This document shows, one piece after another, positions 31,987 to 43,706 of a stretch of 45,063 bases of DNA; the first letter of the stretch is position 1, and every line of letters begins with the position of its first letter. The DNA is taken from positions 62,001 to 107,063 of the forward strand of contig JBFLGF010000031.1 in the NCBI GenBank assembly GCA_050230475.1, written 5' to 3'. Origin of the DNA: Ancylonema sp. (taxonomy: Eukaryota). A program made the translations under genes and the position numbers. The notes below the pieces were generated by a model. That model did not search any database. It was not told the origin of the DNA and was given only the letters and a program-made list of their open reading frames with translations.

Positions 31987-34900
31987 GTGAATGGACAAAG
32001 CTTCGGGCGGGGCTTCCAACCGAAGAAGCGGTTACCCTAGAGACAGAAGAAGGTGGGGGAGACAGGGAGGGTATCTGGGGAGGGGGGGGGGGTTGTATGC
32101 AGGGGGGGGCGGGGGGGGGGAAGGGCAGGATGATGCAAGAATACATTGTCGGTTACAAAAAAAAGGGCGTATTAGAAAACCTTTGAATAACTTCGAATAT
32201 TATTAGATTACTGATTCCAAATAAATAAATAAATAATAGAACACTATCCTATCTTAAGAAAACAGGAAGGTAGTTTGGGTTGTAACCATAGGTTGGTTGG
32301 CCGGGGTGGGGGGGGTGGCAAAGGGAAAGTAGATAGATAGATTCAGAACCAGCTTAACAGAAATACACTTATACTGATACTTAATAATTACACAGATACA
32401 CACTGGCGCTACTTTTCCATCAGTGAACACTTACGCTCATCAGTAACATCATCAGTAACATCATCAGTAACATCATCAGTAACATCATTAGTAACATCAT
32501 CAGTAACATCATGAGTATCATCATTAGTAACATCATCAGTAACATCATTAGTAACCTCATCAGTAACATCATTAGTAACATCATCGGTAACATCATTAGT
32601 ATCATCATTAGTAACATCATCAGTAACATCATTAGTAACATCATCAGTAACATCATTAGTAACATCATCGGTAACATCATTAGTATCATCATTAGTAACA
32701 TCATCAGTAACATCATTAGTAACATCATCAGTAACATCATTAGTAACATCATCAGTAACATCATTAGTAACATCATCAGTAACATCATCAGTAACATCAT
32801 TAGTAACATCATCAGTAACATCATTAGTAACATCATCAGTAACATCATCAATAACATGATTAGTAACATCATCAGTAACATCATTAGTAACATCATCAGT
32901 AACATCATTAGTAACATCATCAGTAACATCATTAGTAACATCATCAGTAACATCATCAGTAACATCATTAGTAACATCATCAGTAACATCATTAGTAACA
33001 TCATCAGTAACATCATCAGTAACATCATCAGTAACATCATCAGTAACATCATCAGTAACATCATCAGTAACGTCATTAGTAACATCATCAGTAACATCAT
33101 TAGTAACATCATCAGTAACATCATTAGTAACATCATCAGTAACATCATCAGTAACATCATTAGTAACATCATCAGTAACATCATTAGTAACATCATCAGT
33201 AACATCATTAGTAACATCATCAGTAACATCATTAGTAACATCATCAGTAACATCATCAGTAACATCATAAGTAACATCATCAGTAACATCATTAGTAACA
33301 TCATCAGTAACATCATTAGTAACATCATCAGTAACATCATCAGTAACATCATTAGTAACATCATCAGTAACATCATTAGTAACATCATCAGTAACATCAT
33401 TAGTAACATCATCAGTAACATCATCAGTAACATCATCAGTAACATCATCAGTAACATCATCAGTAACATCATCAGTAACATCATCAGTAACATCATCAGT
33501 AACATCATCAGTAACATCCGGTACAAACCCAAGTAGACATAAGCAGCAACCACTCTCCCCCTCCCCCCCCCTTCCCCTCCCCCTGCAGAAGACCCCACCC
33601 CTTCAGCCCCCTCTCTTTCCCCAGAATCCGTTTCTGACCTGGTAGCCCTGTTAAAGCAGGCGGCATTTTCCAGGAAGGTTCCTGTCTCTCAGGTTTTCAA
33701 TGCCGTGGCCGCTTTAGAGAAGGCCAAAATTGACCCCTCCTCGTTTCTCCAAACTTTGGGGGGGGGGGGGGAGGCGGGGAGGACTTGGATGCTGGTGTGG
33801 ACGGCGGGTACCAAAGAGGTTGGGGGGGGGGCGGCGGGGGGGGGGGGCGATTTGAGTCCGAAACCAAATCCGATTCCGAATCCGAATTCCGAATTCGAAC
33901 CCGAATCCGAATCCGAATCCGAAGTCGAAGTCGAATTCGGATTCGGATTCGGAATCGGATTTGTTGTGGGACTCAAATCTGGTTCTGGATTCGATTTCTA
34001 GTCCACTTTTTCCATTCGGATTCCTTCCTTCTTGTTCTCCTTTTGTGACATTATTAGCGTCTTTCCTTATTTTGTCACAAATCCAAATATCCACAACAAA
34101 GAGCATCACAGGAACCCCTCTTGTCTTCACACTGATTTTTTCGACCGTTGATCGATTGCTGGAAATAAATAGAAATTTATTGTTCCAAGAAACAACAAAC
34201 AGATTCGTTTGAATTTTTTTTCTTGGTATTTTTTTTTTTTGTTTTTTTGTTTTTTTTTTAACTTATTTTCCCAAAAATTATTAAAAAGATTCGTTCGATT
34301 GGTTCCTTGTGTAGGTTCGAGCCGCTCTCAAGGGGGCGGCTGGAGGAGGGTCCTATTTTCCGATCACAGCTATCCAAAGATTTGACGCAGAGGTAATATT
34401 CCTCTATCCACATCCTCACCACATTTTTTTATTTTTTTTTATTTTTTTTGTGTGTGTTGAATAGTTTAAAATGTATTTGAACATTTTGATAAGACATTTG
34501 ATAAGACTTCATCATAGTGTCCCACATTAAATTAAATGTGTTATAACAACACATTATTTTGAGGGGTCACTAAAGAGAATTATTTTTCTAGAGGAGTGTT
34601 AGATAGACTAGATGGCGTGACTGTATTTAAGCCACCTTTATTGGGCTTACCGTGTCTCGTGGGGGGGATGGGGTTGGGCTGGGTTTGGGTTGGGGTTTTG
34701 CAGGCACTCGAAATTGAGAATGGTGTCTTTTTAGGCCCCCTTGGGAACCTAACCTTCAGGGGGCCCTTTAGTTGGAGTGGGAAACGGTTATCGTTCACTT
34801 TCCACACGATTCAAGTCAAGATCGGAGGGCTTCCCCCATTCAAGGTCATACTTTTACACGTGACTGATCGGCCGGTGTTCTTGTAACAAAAAACCCACTA

Positions 34901-35454
34901 TCCTTTTCTAGAGGATTCTTGGGATATATATATTTGTACGACGAGGGAGGCAGGAATTTCCACTTGTGTTTAAAAGTCTCGGTGTGTGCACAAACGTGAT
35001 GACGCCATCATTGCATCATAAGACGCAACAATTGCTTTCATGAAGACATTGGGTTTTGAAAATATATATTGTAAATCTCAATAAAAGAAACTTCGTTTTG
35101 AAGAAAGAATTCTCAATAAGAAACTTATTTCTCGACTTTTTTTCCCGTTTTTACACCTGAAATGTGATATACGTAAGAAGTATCCAAAATGAGATACTCT
35201 CGGTTCCTAGGTATCGTAGGTTCCTTATATCGGGGTTTCGCTGTACGGGTGGGTGGAGAAATTGACGTAAAAGAGTGATCTCCATTTCGCAGTTCAATAT
35301 TGGCAAAAAATCGGATGTCGGACGGGAGCGAGGAGTAGGAGTGGAAGGCTAGGGAGATCCTTTCTTCACTTGGTTCTATGCTGACGAGGAGATAATTGCG
35401 GCTAGGGGGCGAGGCGGAGGGACTGCTTTCTGGGTGCGGTGCTCGAGGAAATGA
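31987..35454 (+). CDS. Plastid fibrillin-like (PAP/FBN-like, Arabidopsis At1g18060-type) gene; exons 31987-32052, 33589-33818, 34315-34392, 34704-34844, 35293-35454; in-frame TAG at 35350-35352, possibly a pseudogene; first exon not located
   Basis: GT-AG sites with matching phases give ...LLKQAAFSRKVPVSQVFNAVAALEKAKIDPSSFLQTLGGGGEAGRTWMLVWTAG...YFPITAIQRFDAEALEIENGVFLGPLGNLTFRGPFSWSGKRLSFTF...DPFFTWFYADEEIIAARGRGGGTAFWVRC. These motifs are recognised from memory of this plant family. Confidence 0.85.
32438..33518. repeat. Intronic 12-bp tandem repeat (CATCATYAGTAA), about 90 copies
   Basis: Directly visible; lies between donor 32053 and acceptor 33588. Confidence 0.98.
33856..33962. repeat. 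Intronic 6-bp repeat that switches orientation, (CCGAAT)n then (ATTCGG)n
   Basis: Directly visible; self-complementary around GAATTC at ~33932. Confidence 0.85.
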
Positions 35455-36302
35455 ATTGGTGTGTGAGGAAACCCCAATGGGAAAACCACGCCAGAGTTGG
35501 TTGGGCTGCCAAATGCTTTGGCGGGGCTTTAGTTTGCAAGTATTTTGCGGGTATTGTTTCATTGTTTTGACTTGACCATTTTGTTTTGCGAGTACGTAGC
35601 ATTATTGTTAAAACGGTGATTGTTGAGTGCCTTTGGTCTTCTAGACATCTGAGGCGGCTTGACGTTTAAATGTGTTGATTGCATGCTGGACTGGTAGACT
35701 TTTGATACTTTTGAGCCATTTTTTTGAAGTGTTGATTTGACTTGCTTCGAAGTTCGAGCCCGACCCTTCTTCGTAGCAAAGAGCTCTTAGAGGACTGTTT
35801 GAGATTGTGTGTATATGTGGGAAAGAACATTGGTAGTAAAATTTAGAGATAGGATTCGCCATCTTTACTCTTCGCACTTCCACCACGACGTGGAAGGAGG
35901 AGAGTTGGTGGGGAGCATTTGTTTAGCAAATTTGTGTGGGTTGAGTTTGGTTTGGTTTTGGTGTAATGTACACATCTTTGTTGTATTGTTTAGCATGTCT
36001 ATGAGACGAAACAAATCTTAGAGACGGCTTGTCCTCATACTGCTCATATCCTCGTATTGCTTGTACTTGGGAAGTCTCTATTGGTTGATCTTGAAGTAAT
36101 GGAACGAGGATAAATCGGAAAATTATAAATTGGAACAAAACATTTACAAAAATAAAAATAAATACTAAAATAGATTCAAGACTAACATGCAGCATTCACC
36201 TATCTACGCTTCTTTCGCTGCACAAGACACAAGGAAGGTGTAGCAATTTGACCGAACTTTCCTAATATGTACATCACACTTCATACAAAAACATGAATGT
36301 CA

Positions 36303-38703
36303 TTACGCTGCTTTCTCATTACCAACCGCATTCAAGACTTGTAGGTTGTCATTATGCGAGTGTGTGAAGCCCATCCGCCTTTCAGCCGCGACTGTTTTTT
36401 GTGACCGAAACGCAACCACCCACGCCCTCCTCCAACTGTCTGCACTCTCAGTCCCTCCGGATCCGTGCAAGGTGCGCTCGTGATGAACAGTCACGTCCCC
36501 TCGCTTGATCTCTACCGGCTGCACTCCACGCAACCACAAGACAAGGAGTCGGGCATAAGTGGGCATATGGCGATTTTATTATCGAACATGGTGCCGTGAT
36601 GTAATATCACTTCAAAATGATGTAATATCACTGAAGAATTATGTAATATCACTGAAAAATGATGTGATAACACTGAAGAATGATGTAATATCACTTCAAA
36701 ATGATGTCCACCTTACTTGAGTACCCAAATTTGCCGGTGATCGGCAACTCAAAAGTCAAAGTCAAAGTTCAGAGAAAATTTGCGGCACTCCCACAACCTC
36801 ACTTCCTCATTTGTACCCTCATCGTATGGAGCAACCATCTTATCCACTCTCACACACTTGCTTAGTTGGATGGCTGGGACCAATAGCAAGAAGAAGGAGA
36901 AGAAGCCTGTTTAGTTCTCCTCCCACCACAGTCATTCTCAGTCAGCCTTGTTTCGGAGCCTCCAGGCAGCTTACCACAGGCTTGTCTGTGTCGCTGAGCA
37001 CGGCTGCCAAGGTGTGTGATTTGTTTCTGTCTCCGTGAAGAGGGCCGTGGGATCGCAGATGAGGCTCGAGATGTGAGCCCGGTACAAACTGCAAGCACCC
37101 GTTCTGTATGCAGGAGTTGTCGATGGCCAGCCAGAAAGAGGCTGTACGGGTGTCGTCAGTTACTGGCCAGTAGCCGAGGTCCTGGTGCCTGCATTCCCGA
37201 CCAGGTGACAGTCACAAAGATTCGAATTACAGGATATACTGGGAGGCGTGTTTGGAGCCAGATAGTGATTTGAAGAAGGAAACAGATCTGGAAATCTATA
37301 AACATATTTTGAACCAGGATGCTGCTGAATGCTTGGCAAGGAGATGGTATGATTGAAAATGGACATCTCATTTCTTTGTTAAAAAAAAGAGGCCTTGCTT
37401 GAGGAAGTATTTTTAAGACAATGAGAGTCACAAAAGACTGTGGACCAAGATTATTATTGGTACCCTTCGTTCTATCGGATGCAGTCTCTCACATGATAGT
37501 TAACCAGATGCAACAAAGATGCATTGTTTCACTCGGTGAAGCCAGTAGGCTTACCAGTGGAACACTGCATCTGGTTTCTGTGGAGGGTTGGCAAGAAGCT
37601 GATCGTAATCCATCACCATGTCCGGTCCGCAAAGCTGCGCAGCGATTGTGGTTGCCCTCCGTTCATAAATACTGCCTTTCAGCGAGGGATTGTACCTGAT
37701 AGGATGTGGTGGACGACAACAAAGTGCGCCACTTGTTGTCATACGCTGCAGCTGTTTGGAAGAGTGTACATGAAATCGTATGAACCCACCGTCTGTCCCT
37801 GAATTCATTCATATCTTCTATGAGTTCGTTGGGACGGGCGGACGGACGGAAAACGGACGGACGGACGGACGGACAGACCGACAGACGGAAGGCAGGAGGG
37901 ACTGAACACAACTGTGGTGGAAGTTATCGGTGGAAGCTGCAGCAGGTATGATCAAGTATTTTTCAAAGAATCAAAGAATCACCAAAATAGCCTATTCCTT
38001 GTCATGATATCCGGAAAAGTGCTGGGCCCACAACGCTCCTAATGTCAGTCGCACTGGTCCCCAGAGGGATGTCTACAATGGCAATGCCAATACCTGCTTG
38101 GTAACATAATGTTGATGATCGAATAATCCTCCATTGGTTTCGAGTAGTCTCCTGACATATCGCAAAAGTCACGGCCTTCAACTTGTATTTCGCGGTTGAT
38201 GAATCTCATGTATTCTGTCTCAAGCGCCACCATTTCCTCTTCTGAAAGAACACCCTGCGCAAATAAGCGACCGTGTGGAAGAAGGTCCACGCTTCAGCAA
38301 GCAAATTTGACTCTGCTCCAGAAAGACAATAACATGTACTGGGGCAACCGTTCCTGCAATCGCTCTATACTCGAGCTGTTTGCGCCTACTTCTACAATGG
38401 GGTCTCGATCGGCCGAACTTAAGACTCGGATACACGGCTGTTCAGATATTGCAATTTTTAATGAGATGCAGAGGATGAGATTGTGTGAAGCTGCTGAGAA
38501 TGCAGTACCAAACAAATAAAAAAATAAAAGTGGCAAAATATGGTAAATTTCTAGATTCTCCAGTGTGCGAAAGTCGTGGCATTTCACAATCGTGAGCTGT
38601 GGCACGGACTTACCTTCAAATGAACATAGCCATTGACTCTGAATGCAGTTCTCTCCTCGTCAGACACAGTATAATGTTCATGTCTCCCATCCGTGGAATC
38701 CAT
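36303..38703 (-). CDS. Phytanoyl-CoA dioxygenase (PhyH) family Fe(II)/2-oxoglutarate dioxygenase, 273 aa; exons 38703-38614, 38254-38094, 37695-37555, 37188-36975, 36518-36303
   Basis: All introns are GT-AG with matching phases (822 nt in total). Motifs FRVNGYVHLKGVLSEEE, FHWHQD (HxD), FWLAIDNSCIQNGCLQFVPGSH, HGSGG (distal His) and RRAWV. Confidence 0.93.
36597..36707. repeat. 21-bp minisatellite (TGATGTAATATCACTKMARAA), about 5 copies, in PhyH intron 4
   Basis: Directly visible. Confidence 0.9.
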
Positions 38704-39717
38704 TTAATCGGTCGACCCAATGACAACGATATTGCAGATGGTTATCGCTCACGCTGTTTCTATTAATCACGAAGGCCCCATGAATCCTGCATTCCAGTAG
38801 GGAGTCTCCAGTGTATTAGCAGCAATATCTCCATCTGCAGTTGTAGATCCTGATCCTCTGATCTGTAGACGGTAGACTGGATACGGTAGACGGTAGACTG
38901 TATAACATCTACCAGCTCCCCGACTCAGAGTGTCGGACTCGGCGATTCATCGCTTCGACACCACAAGCGTCGAAGCGATTCAGCGAATTTTCGAGTCGTT
39001 GACTCGTAATTTTTTAACGAGCGAGAAGACGGTCGACGAGTGCCCGAGAACCCGAAAACGTCCTAGCAGGCTGGTGGGACTTGTCAGGGTGTTGTTGTGA
39101 AGTGTAGGAGCGTGTCGAAAGATTCTAAACATTGTTCTCGACATCCTGGAGGCCTTAAAAGGCTCAAACTTTTTTCGTTGTCGAACGGCCCATCGTCTGA
39201 CCGTAAGTCTGGCCACTTCCGCTGACAGGATGTACTATTCATGTTGGAACCAAATATCTGTTTTTTCTGCCCCTTTCGTCCTTTTCAGAAACCACCTTAC
39301 ATGTTACGTAATTCTGTTGTTTGCACACATCACTCACATGGTGTTAGCATACAGCCGACATGTCATTCACGTTTCCGACCTCGTTAACTAGCCCACGCTC
39401 TCGTGCTTTTGTAGTGCCACTGTATGACCATGGCTCGGAATTCAGGTGTACGAAAGGTCCTCTTTTGCTTGCTTGGGCTCCTCTGAACGAACATTTACGC
39501 AGATCCTTCGGTTCGCAGTCGTCGCTGAAAACTTCCACCCCCCAAGCACAGTCTTGCAATATCTCCACAACGCGTGACTGACCAAAAATCTCTTGCTGTC
39601 TCTCGAACCTCAGGCGTGCGCGCGAGCCTCAATCTTCCACTTCCATCGCACTGCCTGTCAGCTGTTCTGGAATTCCAGGAGTCAGCCAGACAGAAGCACG
39701 TCCGAATCAGCTGCAGG

Positions 39718-41496
39718 ATGGAAGGAAATAACGAAAGAAAGCGTGTTCGTTCAGAACGGGATGTCGTTGTGAGGGGAGCTGGGGGCGGGTCTATGCAAGG
39801 TTCTTGTACGGAAGTGGGAGGGTCACACGTGGCTGCAGTGCTTTCGGGGGAAAGAACTGGATCTCTCAGAGATGGAGGAGATATTCTGGATGTAGATTCT
39901 CTCGTAGAGGTGTTCTCATACCTCTCCCAGGAATATCTTTGTGAGGTGATGCGAGTGAGTAGGTTGTGGGAGGGGGTGGTGAGAGGCAGCACTTTGTTGT
40001 GGAAGGAAGTGAACGTGGTTAAGAAGTGGCATGAGGGGAAAACAAGGAGGAAACGAGGGCCGCAATTTCTTCGCAGGGTTCTGGGAGCTGCAGAAATGGT
40101 CCGCTTCTCGGATGTTTTTTTTTGCCCAACGACTTCCAATGTCGGTGGTAGGGAGAGTGGGACAAAACCTCGTGAGCCTCTACCTGCCTCACGACAGCGT
40201 TGACCCGACCTTCTTTCCTCCCCTCACCTCCACATGCCCCCAACTTCGATCGTTGGCTGTGAAGGGAGAGCCAAGGGGTACCGATCCCATCCACATCTCT
40301 CACCCGAACTTGGAGTCGCTCAGGCTCGTGTGTGAGACCAACCGCCCCCTCACCGTTGATTGTCGGAATCTCACTACCCTCAGCACTGCTGGTGATAGGA
40401 GGAGAGTCGATGTGATTATTCATTTTCGGGCAACGCAACCCTCCATACATTGCCCAAAACTCACAAATCTGTGCCTCTCCCATCTCCATTGTGGTGTCGG
40501 TGTGCTCACTGCGATGGCCGCACGTGCCCCCAACATCCGATGGCTGGAAACGTATTGCACTCCGGAAATCACCCCTAGTGTTTTGACCCGTTTCGAGTCC
40601 CTCCGGGTCCTCAAAGTGAAGAGTACTATGCGGGGGTATTATCCGCACTCAATAATGATTACACACACTGTGTTCCACGTGTTCACACAACTTCCCCTTT
40701 TAGAGACACTGAAATTAGAGGGGGGCCACTTATCGGAATTGGAGGTGCAGCACGAACGGTTGAGGTCCCTCAAACTTACATTCCCGGGAGTTAACAATAC
40801 CGCAACGATTTTGTGCCCGTTGTTGAGGTCGCTTGGATTTCATGTTGGAAAGTTGTATTTTTTTAGGTGGGTTAGGCTTGAGTGCCCTTTGTTGGAGGAT
40901 TTGAAGGTTGAGTGTGAGGCCATTGGGTTGCAATTTTTTGAGGACCTGAACTCTTCGTGCCCAAGGCTATTGAAACTAGTGGCGAAAGAGCTAGAAGGTG
41001 TAAGAGCTTGCTCGAAACCGTTTCAGTTGATGCATGAAACGTTAGAGGAGTTGGAGTTGTGGGGTCTGACACATGCTCGAACGCGGATTGCTGGTGACCA
41101 TTTGAGGAAGTTGGTAATGAGGCGGACATCTGAGAGGGTGGTCCTTTAGTTGCAGTGCCCAAGACTTAAAATGTTCCACCTGTTTGGAGAAGCAAAGGTA
41201 TCTTGCCTCCCTTCGGTTCTATCCATGTTGCCAAGACTCGAGTCTTTGGAGTTTTGTGGGGGCGGCAAAAGAAGAAGATGGTGTTGCTAGAGCATTCCAC
41301 CTTGCGGGATCTCGTGCTCAAACGGGGGGAAATGAAAAAGCTCGTGTTAGTCATGCCTCCTGTGGTGCGCGTTAAATTGCTCGAATCCGAAACATAAGTG
41401 GTGGAAATTACCTCTTGGGAGGAGGTCGTTTTGGAATGCTTCTAGGGTGACCAACAAGAAATTTATCACAAACAAGGCGACGGTGTCTTTGCTTGA
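39718..41496 (+). pseudogene. Intronless F-box/leucine-rich-repeat gene with disrupted reading frame
   Basis: F-box LDVDSLVEVFSYLSQEYLCEVMRVSRLW followed by repeated CPxLxxL LRRs. Frameshift at T9 (40115-40123), TAG 41147-41149, frameshift near 41250-41262, TAA 41395-41397, TAG 41443-41445. First in-frame TGA at 41494-41496. Confidence 0.85.
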
Positions 41497-43637
41497 TTGA
41501 ATCTTACGAGCAATGTAATGACTTCTTCAAGAGAGCAAATCTAGTTGGATATATAACGTTTCTAACGTCATTGGAACCTACTTGTTGAAAATGAAGGTAG
41601 AAATAGGTGATGAAGTGATGAAGTCATGACAGTGCCAGTCTACTTCTACATTGCTAACACTTGCTAGACGATCAATATAGATTACAAGGATTTTAGCTTA
41701 CATGTACCGTCTTGCAACTTTAGGCCAGCTACAATTCAAACGAGAGAAAACACATGAATATCAATCTGTCATCTTTTTGTCCTTCATGGAAAAACGGTGA
41801 CAGTTGGTCATTTGGTGTGGTTTGATTGCCCCCTTGGTGGAGAGGAAGAGAGTGTGGGATGGCGATAAACTCTTCTTGTGTAGACTACAGAAAGGGCATA
41901 TAGATTTTAAAAAGGTGAAGTAGATGAGAGGGGACATTAAGATCTGCATAAGGCCATCGACGACTGAAATCGTCCCTTTTTGACAGTCACCCCGCAATTC
42001 GTCATTGCTTCACGACTTGAAGTACTAAACGAAAGTTGGTAACGTTACAACAACGATTCAGATACACAATGCCGGTTGCCGCAATCCATATTACTTAGGT
42101 CTTTTCTAAAGACCTAAGTTTCATCAGTCGCTTTCAGCCCGTTCGAAAGTAGTGACATGGACTGTACGTCTGTACGACTTTGTCCACCTCAGCAGTTTTC
42201 GGTGTCTCTGATTTGCTGTTGACACCGGATTTGACGATTTTGAAGTTTTGAAAAGTTTGGATGCCATGTCAGCGCTGATGTGTCGTGCTGTGATTGGCTA
42301 ATTTTCGCGTTTTCGCGTTTTCGCGTTGGAAAATTTTGCTTGAGATCTTCCCTGTTTTCCGGGGGTTGGAGGTTGGTGTAAGTGTGGGGCCAGCACTTAC
42401 ACCACCCGTATAAAAAAGTTCGCGTTCGTTACAGCATGGTACTTCACGTGTGGTAGGCCCCCTACTACAACCCTGCATGCATTCTTTCGTCTGTTACCAC
42501 CCTCCAGCACCCCTCTGGGGTGTGCGTCTATGTGCGAAAAGGGGTTTGAGTTCTGTGAATACTCTCCCTCGTACTCACTCCTATAGTACAAGATTTTGTT
42601 GAATTACATGAGTCAGCGAGCGTTCTTACGAGCGCTCTAGCTGAAGCTCTTTAAAATAAAACAAAATAAAAATCTCAGTTCAATTATTATTCATGCATAT
42701 ATATGTACTTCTTATTCATCCTGGCTACTTAGGTGTTTGATTGTCTAGTTGGCTGGTTGGCTGCCTTGCTATGCGGCTAGGTGGCTGGGTGGCTGGTTGG
42801 CTGGCTGTCTGGCTGGATCAGACATCTGGCTAGACCAGGCAAGCGCTGCACACACCCACGGTGAAGCCAGTGAGTACTGTGGACAGTGTATATATACACG
42901 TAGAAAAAAAAACTCAGTCATAATCCTTTGAGGTGGTAATCGATTCAAAAAAAGAAAAATAATTTATTTGATATACGTGTGGACTGCCGCAATCATCACG
43001 CGTATAAAACAAGCATGTGCGTAAGAGGCCAGCCGTAACGCATCGTAATTAAAAAAGAGGACACGCATGTTCAAAGTAAGAACGAGAGGAGACAGCGAGC
43101 GAGAAGATCATGGCGAGAGAGAAACTGGCTGGCTGGCTGGCTGGTTTGATAGTTGGCTCGCAGTCGAAGTTGAATTGTTGAATAGTTGAATTGTTGAATT
43201 GTTGGCTGGCTTACTGGTAATGGCTGACTGGCTGGTGGTCGCAGCCGAATGTTGCAGTTGCAGTCGCAAGAGAACAGTCGAGCTCATATGGTAGAGATTG
43301 CTATTTCCATATCACGATAGAATTGCACAGAAAAGTATTTAATCTGAACAGAAGAAAAGCTGGATTGATATGGGAGAGGTGAGGAGCGCACCGCTGCAGT
43401 CATGTTGTCGACGGAATTGCGTTCTGAGGGTAGAGCTATCCTTGAGTCCCGTATTTAGACGGGATGGCGAAATTGGACGGCAGAACTGACCGCGCCTACT
43501 CCTAACGGCCGACGCTGCGAATCCGCCGACCGGTAGAAATTCCGAATCCGCCGACCGGTAGAAATTTACAGCACGAAAAACCGGGACGTCGTGTTCGTTA
43601 GTCGTCGTCTGGTTTTGGATTTTAGATGAGGCCGGCG

Positions 43638-43706
43638 ACAGGGCACAGGGCACATGACACAGGGCACTGGACATTGGGCACAGGGCACAGGGTACAGGGC
43701 ACAGGG
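43638..43706. repeat. 7-bp repeat (CAGGGCA)n; other microsatellites are (CCGT)n ~31308-31345, (GGAC)n ~37831-37890 and (GGCT)n ~42750-42815 and ~43125-43144
   Basis: Directly visible. Confidence 0.8.

Noticed and set aside
32420..33598. 392-aa MMLL and 341-aa SNII ORFs, or a CRISPR-like array
   Set aside because: Products of a stop-free 12-bp satellite inside an intron; there are no unique spacers.
36597..36707. CRISPR-like or iteron repeats
   Set aside because: Contiguous tandem units without spacers in a eukaryotic intron.
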